This document shows, piece after piece, positions 1-9,670 of a stretch of DNA of 64,000 nt (position 1 is its first letter; each line of letters starts with the position of its first letter). Source of the DNA: a virus; the IMG/VR virus record IMGVR_UViG_3300020183_000009, one strand, 5' to 3'. The notes beneath the pieces were generated by a model. That model was given only the letters and a program-made list of their open reading frames with translations, had not been told where the DNA came from and made no database searches. Position numbers and translations under genes: made by a program.

Positions 1-294
1 GCCAATTTTAACACCACTCATTATTACACTATTCGCACCTATCCAAACATCATTACCAATTACAACATCACCATTAGTTTGAGGATGACCTTCCCCGTTA
101 AACCTATCAAAAACATTTTGTTTTATGTGTCCAAATGGGTATGTTGTAACCCAATCAATTCTATGATTACCACCTAAATAAATAGATAAATTACCACCCA
201 ACGAACAAAATGAACCAATTTTTAATTTGGCACCTTCTCCCCATTCAAAAACCTTTATGTTCTGATGACCATAAGTGTGTTTACCAACAATCAT
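1..294 (-). CDS. CatB/Vat-like hexapeptide-repeat O-acetyltransferase (runs off left edge; not in ORF track)
   Basis: Manual translation MIVGKHTYG...LKIGSFCSLG...GGNHRIDWVTTYPF...GDVVIGNDVWIGANSVIMSGVKIG, typical xenobiotic acyltransferase motifs. Confidence 0.85.
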   Translation of the reverse strand, partial: MIVGKHTYGHQNIKVFEWGEGAKLKIGSFCSLGGNLSIYLGGNHRIDWVTTYPFGHIKQNVFDRFNGEGHPQTNGDVVIGNDVWIGANSVIMSGVKIG

Positions 295-437
295 TTTTCA
301 GATTCAATTTCAATTTCTTTTTTTGGTCGTTTAACTTCCTTTGTTTCAGGATAAATAGGTATTTTAACATACTCAGGTGTTATTTGGTCCATACCAACAC
401 CTATACAAACTTCAATGTATTTTATTTCGTTTTCCAT
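291..437 (-). CDS. small hypothetical protein (48 aa)
   Basis: Manual translation MENEIKYIEVC...ESEK; ATGA overlap with the acetyltransferase. Confidence 0.6.
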   Translation of the reverse strand: MENEIKYIEVCIGVGMDQITPEYVKIPIYPETKEVKRPKKEIEIESEK

Positions 438-438
438 A

Positions 439-693
439 TTATTTTTTAATTACAATTCCATTTTTTAAAATATCAATCAAGTCTTTCACATTGTTAAAAT
501 TATGAAATCTTATTGTCGGGTCGGTATTAAATACTTCAACATACCACTCCTCATTTTTTACCTCATCATTAGTTGGGGTGATTAATGTTAACCCATCCAC
601 AATATCAAGAGCGTAGTAATAAGTCTCATCTTCATCATATTCTTTTATTTCCTCGCTCTTAAACCCCAATAATATTAATTCTCTTTCTGTCAT
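439..693 (-). CDS. hypothetical protein
   Basis: Tightly packed ORF in minus-strand operon. Confidence 0.75.
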   Translation of the reverse strand: MTERELILLGFKSEEIKEYDEDETYYYALDIVDGLTLITPTNDEVKNEEWYVEVFNTDPTIRFHNFNNVKDLIDILKNGIVIKK

Positions 694-938
694 TTTACTA
701 ACTTTATTTGTTTAACCATACCTTTCTTATCAGTCCTATATTTAACTCGAAAACTATCAACGAAAGTATATTCACCTTCTTCCATATTTAGACAAGACCA
801 TTCACATGTTTCATGATAATAAAAATGAGCATGTATTGATTCTAAATATACACATCTTTCATATTCGACATCTTTATATTTCCAATTTGAGCAACTAACT
901 AAGAATAGACTTAAAAAAAATAAAAATTTTGTTATCAT
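690..938 (-). CDS. putative lipoprotein
   Basis: Hydrophobic N-terminus followed by lipobox-like LVSC. Confidence 0.6.
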   Translation of the reverse strand: MITKFLFFLSLFLVSCSNWKYKDVEYERCVYLESIHAHFYYHETCEWSCLNMEEGEYTFVDSFRVKYRTDKKGMVKQIKLVK

Positions 939-941
939 AAA

Positions 942-1217
942 TCAATTATTTGAGTAAAAATCATTTCCCGACCCTTTAACATATTGAACTGATGTTCCTG
1001 ATGGCGTGTGTAGTTCGACAAACATTGGTTTACCACTATACAAACAAAGTTCAAACTCATATGTTCGTGGTTTCATCGAGAATAATAACGTCCTTTCGGG
1101 TCCTAAAATCTTTACAGTTGCATCATCTAAAGAAAGGTCCTCATTAATATTAATCATAATACAATACTCACCAGTTGCTTTTGCATTCAAGTCTTGTAAT
1201 ACAGGTTTTGTGTGCAT
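942..1217 (-). CDS. hypothetical protein, weak resemblance to T9SS C-terminal sorting domain
   Basis: Beta-rich pattern ATVKI...LL...G-x-x-MFVEL-x-T-x-x-G; start uncertain. Confidence 0.4.
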   Translation of the reverse strand: MHTKPVLQDLNAKATGEYCIMININEDLSLDDATVKILGPERTLLFSMKPRTYEFELCLYSGKPMFVELHTPSGTSVQYVKGSGNDFYSNN

Positions 1218-1384
1218 GTTAGTTCTTTTTAATTAAATATACCGCAATTCTTCCCTCATATGTTTAACCGTAAGCTCCTGACCCTAACTCATCAAAACCT
1301 TATTTGATACAAGATAGGTTGGAGGATATAATCATAATTTAATTTTTTGTTTTTTTAAAAAGTATTTATTTATAAAATCAAAAA

Positions 1385-1783
1385 ATGGAAATAAGTAGGT
1401 TCAAAGAATTATTGGAGTCGTCATTGGGTAATGTAAAACCTCTGATAACTGAACAAATCGAGGCAAATGCCGGTGCAATTCAACAGTTTTTACAATTAAA
1501 CCAAGATAACTCTATTGTTGTTGACTATAAGTTTGGTAATAAAAGTGCCGCTGCGGCTGCTAATTATATTTTCAATGCTTACCCAGCCTCTACAAAATAT
1601 AGTAATGTTACCACTGTTCAACAACTTTGGCAAGCATTAAAAGATAACGGAAATGCAGTGGGTGAAACTCCGGGTTTTGGTCCTCTAATGGCTGGAGCTG
1701 TCGCTCGTGTTCTTACGGCGGCTAAAGCTCAAATCGATAAGAAAAACGCTGCTGCCAAAACTCCCGCAGCTCCCAAAACATAA
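1385..1783 (+). CDS. putative virion protein with degenerate peptidoglycan-binding repeats
   Basis: TATTTAT upstream, LLES/LITEQ leader, IQQFL..VVDYKFG and QAL..GFGP repeats. Confidence 0.6.
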   Translation: MEISRFKELLESSLGNVKPLITEQIEANAGAIQQFLQLNQDNSIVVDYKFGNKSAAAAANYIFNAYPASTKYSNVTTVQQLWQALKDNGNAVGETPGFGPLMAGAVARVLTAAKAQIDKKNAAAKTPAAPKT

Positions 1784-1792
1784 ATAAACTCA

Positions 1793-1936
1793 TTAAAACA
1801 AATTTAAGATTTTTTCTTTAATATTCCTAACAATACCATTTAAAATATGATTTAAGATTGTAGTTCTTTTATCATATGTATGAGGATATTTAAGTTCTCT
1901 AAACAAAATGTTTTCTGCTATTAATTCGGTTCTCAT
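1793..1936 (-). CDS. small hypothetical protein (47 aa)
   Basis: Manual translation MRTELIAEN...ILNLF; ATGA overlap with upstream gene. Confidence 0.45.
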   Translation of the reverse strand: MRTELIAENILFRELKYPHTYDKRTTILNHILNGIVRNIKEKILNLF

Positions 1937-2520
1937 GGTATAAATAAAACTGTTGGGTTCTTTTTTTGTATATTAATATCAGGATATTTTTCACTAAATG
2001 TTTTAGCATCGAACTTACCTGTAATTAAATGATAACCATTCTTTGTTGGTAATACCGACTCAATTTTTGGTCCTTCAGGTTTTAATGTTTCAATAAATCT
2101 TGTTAGTTCATATACCGCATGGTAGTCTGTGGTATCAATATCAACAATCCATCTCTTTTCTTGCGTTTTAATTTGTCCAACAACTGAATTAAATAATCCT
2201 TTTTGATTTGTCGCACCGTCTCTAATACGTTCAGCAAGTGTTGCCAACATATTTAATGATACATCTTTATGGTTTTGTTTTTGGACATGGATATATGCGC
2301 GAGCGTTAAAGATTTCACAAAGTTGTTTAATCTCATCATATCTTTTTTCTAAATATGGAATGGAATCGACGCAATAAGTTTTAATTGTTCTTACTGATTG
2401 GTGATTATCTCTTTCACCTTCAGGTTGGTCCTTCTTTCTATTGAATACATATAACATGTAGAAATCCCCCCACTCTGAGAAATTCAATAAAGGTTTTATT
2501 AATTCTATGTTGTCTATCAT
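1933..2520 (-). CDS. hypothetical protein with AEP/prim-pol-like motifs
   Basis: WIVDID (DxD) and TKNGYH motifs; TATATTTG promoter directly upstream. Confidence 0.5.
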   Translation of the reverse strand: MIDNIELIKPLLNFSEWGDFYMLYVFNRKKDQPEGERDNHQSVRTIKTYCVDSIPYLEKRYDEIKQLCEIFNARAYIHVQKQNHKDVSLNMLATLAERIRDGATNQKGLFNSVVGQIKTQEKRWIVDIDTTDYHAVYELTRFIETLKPEGPKIESVLPTKNGYHLITGKFDAKTFSEKYPDINIQKKNPTVLFIP

Positions 2521-2576
2521 ACGGCAAATATATTAAATTATATCCAATTAACAAAACCATCTTATATTTATTATAA

Positions 2577-2963
2577 ATGAAATATCTAATCACAGAGTCT
2601 AAAATAAAAGAAACCATCTTTAATTACTTGGATGATTCTCAGTTATTTAAAGGAGTTGAGGAACATAGGTCAGATTATCCAGCTGCAGTAAAGGAGTATT
2701 TCCAAACTGTTAGTTGGGGTGATGATATGGACCCTGATTATGACCATGTGTTTACTATCTATAGGGACCCTGAAGCTTACGAATGGGTCGTAGGAGTTGA
2801 ATGTCCTTACCCTTCCGATTTTTTCCCTTTAATCGAGTTAGACACTAATTATATTTATAATCCTTTATCTAATTTGTTTACCGAGGATAACGTTAAACAA
2901 TATGTGAAAGATTGGATTAATAATAAATTTCGTTTAAACGCAAAACATTTAGAACCTAATTAA
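2577..2963 (+). CDS. ITE-leader protein (putative internal head protein)
   Basis: MKYLITESKIK leader; TATTTAT at 2565-2571; paralog of 5129..5506. Confidence 0.65.
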   Translation: MKYLITESKIKETIFNYLDDSQLFKGVEEHRSDYPAAVKEYFQTVSWGDDMDPDYDHVFTIYRDPEAYEWVVGVECPYPSDFFPLIELDTNYIYNPLSNLFTEDNVKQYVKDWINNKFRLNAKHLEPN

Positions 2964-2964
2964 T

Positions 2965-3480
2965 ATGACTGAAAAATCACAATTAGAAAATTTAAAAGAT
3001 GTGCAATTGTTTTACTTATTAAAAACGGTTGGTAACGAGCATCACCCTGGTATTCAAGATATTATTAATGACCGAGATATAATCGAGGACAGTGGGTTTT
3101 TAGACTCATGTGAAAGTGCAGGTACAATAATTGGTTTAAGTCTTGAGTACCCAATTGACCCTAACTATATTGCTGCGACTATCAGATTAAATGCCGATTA
3201 TGATTTTAATTCCGCTAAACCATCGGGTCCTTTAAAAAGACCTGAAGGTGCTATTTTTTCATTTGATATTGATGAATACAGGATTGAGCATGTTAGGAGA
3301 AGTTACACTCATAAAATTAGGTCTTATTCACGAGATTTAGTAAAGACTACTATTGGCTCTATGTTAAATGAAGGGTCTGTTGATATCTACGATGGGGCGG
3401 AATCAGATGCTGACTATTATGATGGTGAAACAACTGACATTAAAATAGATAAACATTCTATTAGATTTGTTGGAACTTAA
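2965..3480 (+). CDS. hypothetical acidic protein
   Basis: Long ORF, operon spacing. Confidence 0.75.
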   Translation: MTEKSQLENLKDVQLFYLLKTVGNEHHPGIQDIINDRDIIEDSGFLDSCESAGTIIGLSLEYPIDPNYIAATIRLNADYDFNSAKPSGPLKRPEGAIFSFDIDEYRIEHVRRSYTHKIRSYSRDLVKTTIGSMLNEGSVDIYDGAESDADYYDGETTDIKIDKHSIRFVGT

Positions 3481-4028
3481 TTAAGTTTACTTTCTTCTCT
3501 TATATCACGTAGAAAAAGTCTATTTAAGATATAATATACATTTGGTAAATAAAAGTCTCTATACCAAACCAATAAATGTTCTAAGTTACGAAATTCAGTT
3601 ATTGATTTAAGTTCTTGGAAATAATCTCCCATCATCTCCTTATCAATCATTGTTTTACCGTCTTTTGTAACGGTATAATATATCGCTTCAACAGGTGTAT
3701 AATCTGAACCGTCCCAAAAAGGAGTTGCATATCCTGCGAACGTTTCTTCATATTCAGCATCATCACCATAATAATCGGTTGGTGAATCCATTCTCCATTC
3801 AAAAGTCGCATTAAATCTATCAACAAATATTTCATATTCTCTATAGACTTCAGGTAATTTACCTAGTTGGTATAAATCAAACAGAACTTGGTTAGCCAAC
3901 TCATGGTTAATTGGTATATTAAGTTCAACTGCTAAATCAGCTTGATTCAATCCCAATATTTCAGCCGCACCACGTAATCCGTGTTCATCCACTAATTTTC
4001 TTAGTCGCTTTTTTCTATCCTCTTTCAT
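3477..4028 (-). CDS. hypothetical protein, possible N-terminal HTH
   Basis: GLRGAAEILGL pattern; TATTTAT upstream. Confidence 0.7.
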   Translation of the reverse strand: MKEDRKKRLRKLVDEHGLRGAAEILGLNQADLAVELNIPINHELANQVLFDLYQLGKLPEVYREYEIFVDRFNATFEWRMDSPTDYYGDDAEYEETFAGYATPFWDGSDYTPVEAIYYTVTKDGKTMIDKEMMGDYFQELKSITEFRNLEHLLVWYRDFYLPNVYYILNRLFLRDIREESKLN

Positions 4029-4049
4029 TAATGATAAATATAAGTATTT

Positions 4050-4721
4050 ATGGATATGAGACCTGAAATTAAATTCTATTTAACCAAATATTTAAAACCA
4101 AGATATGATTTTCACGGAGTTTATTTATACCCTGAACCAAATCTTGAGACGGGGCAACTTTGGTGGGATATTGGGAATCCTAATGGTCTATCGTATAGTA
4201 TAGAATGTTTAAAGTCTTACGTTTGGGATATTTTTGATGATTATTGTAAACTAACTGATGGTTCGAATACTTTATTTAGAGGATATGAACGACACATGGC
4301 TCATTTCAATAAATTAGATAATTACTATTATTTAAATCGTGAAGATGAGAAAGAATTATTTAATAGAATGAAATCGATTAATAAAATTGATTTTAAAAAT
4401 TTTTATGCGGATATACAATGTGATTGGTTTACTATAAAACCTCAAGAAGATTTTCATATTGAGATTGGGATGAGGTTTATGAAATGTATAGATAAAAAAA
4501 CAGGTCATGTTTATACTGAAGATGAATTAGGACCTGATGGAGGTGTATTAGATAGAGTATTTCAAGATGATAAGTTTTATGATGATTATGAATATACTCT
4601 ATTTAACCCAATGAATTCTTTCATTGTTAATAATCCTTTATTATTTGATAACTCGTATATGTATTATACTAACAGTATTTATCCTTTAGATAAAAACGGT
4701 AAAAAACTTAAGATTTGGTAG
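4050..4721 (+). CDS. hypothetical protein, paralog of 6792..7412
   Basis: Shared I-x-NP-x-x-[LV]SYS-x-x-x-LK and Y[LI]N...EL...KS[IV]N[KR]I blocks; start may be 4056. Confidence 0.75.
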   Translation: MDMRPEIKFYLTKYLKPRYDFHGVYLYPEPNLETGQLWWDIGNPNGLSYSIECLKSYVWDIFDDYCKLTDGSNTLFRGYERHMAHFNKLDNYYYLNREDEKELFNRMKSINKIDFKNFYADIQCDWFTIKPQEDFHIEIGMRFMKCIDKKTGHVYTEDELGPDGGVLDRVFQDDKFYDDYEYTLFNPMNSFIVNNPLLFDNSYMYYTNSIYPLDKNGKKLKIW

Positions 4722-5106
4722 AATTAAGTTTCTTATAATCCCAACCATAATCAACACAAACGTGTGGTAATATTGTAATAACTTTATCAACAACAGTTTC
4801 CCCTAATTCATCCCAAATCCTCTCATAGATATCGTCTTGTTTGAATCCTTGTTCCCAATCATCATTAACACCTAATGATATTTGTATGGGTTCAATATAG
4901 ATGGTTCCCTCATACAAACATTCTTCATCACCAGTTGCGTCTTTCCATAAATACACTTTTTTAACTCGATATTTTATAATGTAATCGACTACATCTTCAT
5001 CACTATGAGAATATGGTAATGAATACCATCCTTCAAAAACATGGTCACCTTCCAATAGTTTATGAACCATGTCGAAGGTTTTCTTTGTATTCTTATCCAT
5101 TTCCAT
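4708..5106 (-). CDS. hypothetical protein
   Basis: Start moved to MEMDK to avoid head-to-head overlap. Confidence 0.7.
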   Translation of the reverse strand: MEMDKNTKKTFDMVHKLLEGDHVFEGWYSLPYSHSDEDVVDYIIKYRVKKVYLWKDATGDEECLYEGTIYIEPIQISLGVNDDWEQGFKQDDIYERIWDELGETVVDKVITILPHVCVDYGWDYKKLNSTKS

Positions 5107-5128
5107 ATACAATAAGTATTTATTTAAT

Positions 5129-5506
5129 ATGAAATATATAATTACAGAGTCCAAACTAAAAGATATCGTATTTAAATTTTTAGACGATAGTTTTAATCTT
5201 GAAAATCTACATTGGGAAGAGGAGGAATTTTTTGATTGGGATTCTGGTCATAATATTGAAGCAATATATTTCGGTGATGCTGAAAAAATAAATGATATGG
5301 GAGTTATCTCTGTAATTGAATATTTCAAATATCCATCCAATGATGAGGGTTGGTCTGAAGATGACCTACAATACCTACCATCATTCAGGTTTGTCGATGA
5401 TAATGTAAATAAAATGTTAAGACATATGTTTGGTTCGAGTTATGAACCGATAGCAATGGAATGGTTTAAAGAAAGAACGGGTTTAGACGTTAAAAATATT
5501 TTTTAA
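5129..5506 (+). CDS. ITE-leader protein (putative internal head protein)
   Basis: MKYIITESKLK leader; TATTTAT at 5117-5123. Confidence 0.7.
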   Translation: MKYIITESKLKDIVFKFLDDSFNLENLHWEEEEFFDWDSGHNIEAIYFGDAEKINDMGVISVIEYFKYPSNDEGWSEDDLQYLPSFRFVDDNVNKMLRHMFGSSYEPIAMEWFKERTGLDVKNIF

Positions 5507-5530
5507 AATAAACAAATAATAAATAAAATT

Positions 5531-6409
5531 ATGGAAACACTAAAAAAAGGTAGTAAGGGAGAATCAGTTAGAACCTTACAAGAATTTTTAAAATTAACTG
5601 TAGATGGTGATTTTGGTTCAAAAACTGAAGCGGCGGTAAAAACTTATCAAAAGAAAAATGGTTTAATCGTTGATGGTGTTGTTGGTCCAAAAACTTGGGC
5701 TCATATGGGGATATTAACAACAGATAACGCTGAGAATACTGAAGTTCAATCCGCGTTACAAATTGTTAAACATTATATGCCAAAAGGTACTTACTTTGAG
5801 GGTCCTGTTAAAAAGCAATGGATATTCCTACACCACACGGCAGGATGGGAAAATCCATATCAAGTAGCTGATATGTGGGCTAGAGATAACAGAGGAAATG
5901 TTGCAACAGAATTTATCTTAGGGGGACAATCAGTTAAAAATGGTAACTCTAAATTTGATGGTGAATTAATCCAATGTTTTCCTGAAGGTGGTTATGGATG
6001 GCACACAGGAACAGGGAATTCAGTAATGCACAGAAATTCAGTGGCAATCGAAGTTTGTAATATGGGTCAAATTGTAAATGGTAAAACTTATGTAGGAACA
6101 ATTGCCGAACTTAGTCAAATTGTTAAACTTGCAAAACCATTTAGAGGTCACCAATTTTGGCATCGTTATTCTGACGAACAAATTAGAGTCTTAAGAAATT
6201 GGATTTTATATTGTGCTAACAAATATAATATCGACCCAAGAGTTGGTTTAGTAGAATGGGTGAAAGAAAAGGGTGCTGATGGATTTGACGTGTTAGATTT
6301 AAACAAAGCAAATTCAACACCTGGTATGTATTCACATACTAATGTTATAAGAGGAAAAGTTGATATGTTCCCTCAACAAGAATTAATCGATATGTTGTTA
6401 AGTTTGTAA
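5531..6409 (+). CDS. endolysin: peptidoglycan-binding domain plus N-acetylmuramoyl-L-alanine amidase (Amidase_2)
   Basis: LKKGSKG...VDGDFG...VDGVVGPKTW PG-binding domain; LHHTAG, SVAIEV, SHTN..KVD zinc-amidase motifs. Confidence 0.9.
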   Translation: METLKKGSKGESVRTLQEFLKLTVDGDFGSKTEAAVKTYQKKNGLIVDGVVGPKTWAHMGILTTDNAENTEVQSALQIVKHYMPKGTYFEGPVKKQWIFLHHTAGWENPYQVADMWARDNRGNVATEFILGGQSVKNGNSKFDGELIQCFPEGGYGWHTGTGNSVMHRNSVAIEVCNMGQIVNGKTYVGTIAELSQIVKLAKPFRGHQFWHRYSDEQIRVLRNWILYCANKYNIDPRVGLVEWVKEKGADGFDVLDLNKANSTPGMYSHTNVIRGKVDMFPQQELIDMLLSL

Positions 6410-6795
6410 TGACTAAAGACCAAGAATTATTAGCATTAAATAAAATTATAAATTCATCTATACCCAGTCCTTCAATAGAATCAATTGATGTATCACTGAG
6501 TAAAGGTGAATCGTTCTTGGTTTATAAATTTTATATTAACGAACCAATTACTAAAGAAAATTTATATGATGAGTTCGATATTTTTTGGTTTGTCGACCAT
6601 CATGTAAGAGGATATTACACAAAGTTAATACCCTTCGAAAAAATTCCGATTCTAAATGGTGATTACCAAATCGAGGTTTATAATTCATATGGGATTAAAA
6701 TATTTGATTGGTTAGATGAGCTTAAAACTATGCACGGAAATAACCCTAACAGTACGGGTGGTTCTTCATGGTATAGAATGTCAAAGGAAGTTTAA
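6409..6795 (+). CDS. hypothetical protein
   Basis: TAATG coupling to endolysin. Confidence 0.7.
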   Translation: MTKDQELLALNKIINSSIPSPSIESIDVSLSKGESFLVYKFYINEPITKENLYDEFDIFWFVDHHVRGYYTKLIPFEKIPILNGDYQIEVYNSYGIKIFDWLDELKTMHGNNPNSTGGSSWYRMSKEV

Positions 6796-7412
6796 AATTC
6801 TTCAAATTTTGTTACAACATATTCAACCATCCATTCAAAGTCAACCAATGCTAACTCATTGTCTAATATAGTATCTATCTCTATATAATTAGTTTCAGTT
6901 TCATCATATTTACTGTGTCTTTGGGACTCTTTGTACAGTTCAATAGCGTTGTCTAAATTAATCTTTTTAAATTTACCATTACTTAATTTAATACTTGCTT
7001 TAATGGGTCTTATATAATTTTCAATCAAAAACGAATTGTCCCCAACAAAATTAAAAGATAAACCTAAATGTTCAACTTCAATATTATAATTGTAACAAGA
7101 TATTCTATTAACACTTTTAAAAAAATCATGTAATTCATTAGTTAAGGTATCATTTATATAAAACGACCTACCTAATATTTCAAACTTTGGTGTTCCTAAA
7201 TCAATCCCAATAAAATTATAAAATTTTTCTAAACTTTCAGTAATCCATCCTTTCAATGACATTTCACTATAAGATACATCATCAGGATTATCGATTTTAA
7301 AATACATTAAATTATCGGAATCCATTTTATATGGGACTATTTTAACACCATTAATATCCAAAGACCCTTTCAAGAATTTAATATAGAACTCAAAAATTTT
7401 TTCGTTTGTCAT
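6792..7412 (-). CDS. hypothetical protein, paralog of 4050..4721
   Basis: Shared motifs noted above. Confidence 0.75.
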   Translation of the reverse strand: MTNEKIFEFYIKFLKGSLDINGVKIVPYKMDSDNLMYFKIDNPDDVSYSEMSLKGWITESLEKFYNFIGIDLGTPKFEILGRSFYINDTLTNELHDFFKSVNRISCYNYNIEVEHLGLSFNFVGDNSFLIENYIRPIKASIKLSNGKFKKINLDNAIELYKESQRHSKYDETETNYIEIDTILDNELALVDFEWMVEYVVTKFEEF

Positions 7413-7801
7413 TTTTCTTTAACTTGTTTATAATGGTCATCACAAAGAGTTAGGTACCAACCAATGTCATTTCTAAGTTTACCTGAATTACCACATTTTT
7501 CGCAAACCTCATAACTCTTTTTTTCCGCTTCTATTATTCTATTATGTATCTCATTACTTCCATCGTAGATATAAAATCTAAGTCCTCCGAATTTTTCTTT
7601 AACTTGACATAGTTGTTTGTCCCATCCAAGTTTAATTAAATCCTCAATAAGTTCCTTGATAATACCATTCCATCCTTCTTTAACTCCAAAGTACCTACAA
7701 TCTTTTATTGGTGGTCTATCATTATAGAATCCATTTTCTAACCCGTTGATAGATTCTAAAAATTGATTCATGTTTTCTTTGGTGATAAAATAATTTTCCA
7801 T
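7409..7801 (-). CDS. conserved phage protein with C-terminal Zn-binding motif
   Basis: QVKEKFGGLRFY motif, CEKCG...LCDDH. Confidence 0.75.
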   Translation of the reverse strand: MENYFITKENMNQFLESINGLENGFYNDRPPIKDCRYFGVKEGWNGIIKELIEDLIKLGWDKQLCQVKEKFGGLRFYIYDGSNEIHNRIIEAEKKSYEVCEKCGNSGKLRNDIGWYLTLCDDHYKQVKEK

Positions 7802-7827
7802 GGGATAAAGATAATAAAAATTATTTT

Positions 7828-8358
7828 TTAAAGAAATGACCTATAATTAATTTTTTTAAAGACAAACATATAACCTGTTTTAATTTCTACATTCTCAACC
7901 ATATAATCCCAAATACAGTCTTCAATTTCATTTTCAATTTCCCAACCATATTCATCATTATCCATACCATCTCTTAATGTAACCGTTTCACCCCCAACCA
8001 TAATTAAACTAACTTCACCTTCAATATCATCAACAGTTAAACTAATTTCAATTTGATGGTTATCCTTTTCATATTCATCTATTGTAAAAGTGAAATCATA
8101 TCCACCACAGTTGTCAATTGTATGAACTTTTTTATTTAAGAATTCTTTTAAAGTTTCCTCAACATCAGTACCGAGATATTCTCTTAACCAACTATATACA
8201 ATATTTGTTGGTATAGCTCCTCGACTTAAACCAAACAATTTTAACATTTTCTCGTCAAATTTAGGTCCAAATTTGTCCCAATATTTAAAGAATCTTTTTT
8301 TATAACTTTCAAGTTCGACAACGTTATCAAATTGGTTTTCAGTTAACATTATTTTCAT
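7828..8358 (-). CDS. LTE-leader protein (putative internal head protein)
   Basis: MKIMLTENQF leader; TATTTAT at 8363-8369 on minus strand. Confidence 0.65.
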   Translation of the reverse strand: MKIMLTENQFDNVVELESYKKRFFKYWDKFGPKFDEKMLKLFGLSRGAIPTNIVYSWLREYLGTDVEETLKEFLNKKVHTIDNCGGYDFTFTIDEYEKDNHQIEISLTVDDIEGEVSLIMVGGETVTLRDGMDNDEYGWEIENEIEDCIWDYMVENVEIKTGYMFVFKKINYRSFL

Positions 8359-8424
8359 AATAATAAATACTCAATAATTCTTGTTTAAGTATTATACTAT
8401 TCATTTATATTTAAATTAAAAATT

Positions 8425-8775
8425 ATGGCACATCCAATACAACATGCTAAAAGTTCAGCCAAAAAATTTGGTGGTAAATGGGAAGATTATATTCATATCC
8501 ATAATTGGTTTGACGAAACTAAAAGTTGGTATGGTACATCTACTCACAGAATGTTCAGACATCACTCAGAGGGTATTTTTGAATGTGAAAAAATATTTGG
8601 TCCCATGTTTATAAACAGTGATGATAAAACTGTATATACTAGATATGTTGGTGAGCAACATGTTAGAGAAGATTGTTTCAACCATATACCATGTGCGAAA
8701 GAATGGATTATGGCTTTAGAAGCAAAAGAAAAACCTATATGGATGATGCGGACAATGGACATTAATATAGATTAA
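8425..8775 (+). CDS. DUF6915-like His-rich protein
   Basis: MAHP..HA.SS.KKFGG, IH.WFD.TK, HR..RHH.EGIFE, EQHV.ED motifs. Confidence 0.7.
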   Translation: MAHPIQHAKSSAKKFGGKWEDYIHIHNWFDETKSWYGTSTHRMFRHHSEGIFECEKIFGPMFINSDDKTVYTRYVGEQHVREDCFNHIPCAKEWIMALEAKEKPIWMMRTMDINID

Positions 8776-8788
8776 TATATTTATTTAT

Positions 8789-9475
8789 ATGGAAATTCAA
8801 TTAACAGAGGAGGAAAAAAAGACATTAAAATTATTTGTCTATTATGTAAAATCATATGGTAAATCAAGTGTTTATAGTGAACATGTAGTTTATGATAACC
8901 AATTAGACTATTATAGTGGAGAATGGTATGGTCAAGGAAGTCCTGTACCTAGTTATAAAGAAATAGATGAATTAGTAGAATCTATTATTGATAGGTATGA
9001 TATTCTTGATGAGGTTGGTGGCGATAATGGTGATGGTAGAGTTATGTTTATTGTTGATTGTGATGATATGGAAATTGAGGTAGAGGTGGCTTCGTATATC
9101 TTAACAACTCGAGATTCAGGTGATACGGAAATAATTAGTGAAAAGTTTGGTGAATCAGGGACTGAATTAGTAGAGTTTATGAAATCTAAAGGTATCTCAG
9201 AAGGTAGAGTCGATTTCTCAGGTGGTGGTGACTCTGGAGAAATAATGGATTATATCCAATTTGGTAATAGTGGTGAACCGAATAAACCTTTATCTAGAGA
9301 TGTATTAGATACGTTATACACTTGGTTAGAAGACTTTTATGGCGGATGGGAAATAAATGAAGGTTCTCAAGGTTATTTTACTTTTTATAGTGGAGACAAT
9401 GAATGTGAATTATTTTTTCAAGAAAATTATGAAGAATCGGAATTAGATACCGTTTTATTCGCAAAAATACAATAA
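8789..9475 (+). CDS. DUF6878-like acidic protein
   Basis: FSGGGDSG and GWEINEGSQG motifs. Confidence 0.6.
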   Translation: MEIQLTEEEKKTLKLFVYYVKSYGKSSVYSEHVVYDNQLDYYSGEWYGQGSPVPSYKEIDELVESIIDRYDILDEVGGDNGDGRVMFIVDCDDMEIEVEVASYILTTRDSGDTEIISEKFGESGTELVEFMKSKGISEGRVDFSGGGDSGEIMDYIQFGNSGEPNKPLSRDVLDTLYTWLEDFYGGWEINEGSQGYFTFYSGDNECELFFQENYEESELDTVLFAKIQ

Positions 9476-9479
9476 AATC

Positions 9480-9507
9480 AAAAACCCCTCCGAAAAGGGG
9501 TTTTTTT
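9480..9507. terminator. bidirectional intrinsic terminator
   Basis: AAAACCCCT-CCGAAA-AGGGGTTTT hairpin with A/T tails between convergent units. Confidence 0.85.
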
Positions 9508-9511
9508 ATAT

Positions 9512-9660
9512 CTGTTCAAGTGAGGTCATAATGTCAGAATACAGAGTGTTAAGATTTGATTGATAACTGTTGAACGCTTGAATCTTGACTAAAGGACCGT
9601 ACTAAATCAACATCATAACATCGGTTCTGAACAATAGTTTGTAAACATCATCACTCAACT
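9512..9660 (-). ncRNA. candidate structured ncRNA / 3-prime RNA element
   Basis: Three nested stems found by eye, ORF-free, lying between the stop of 9671..10108 and the terminator. Confidence 0.5.
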
Positions 9661-9670
9661 ATCCCACATA

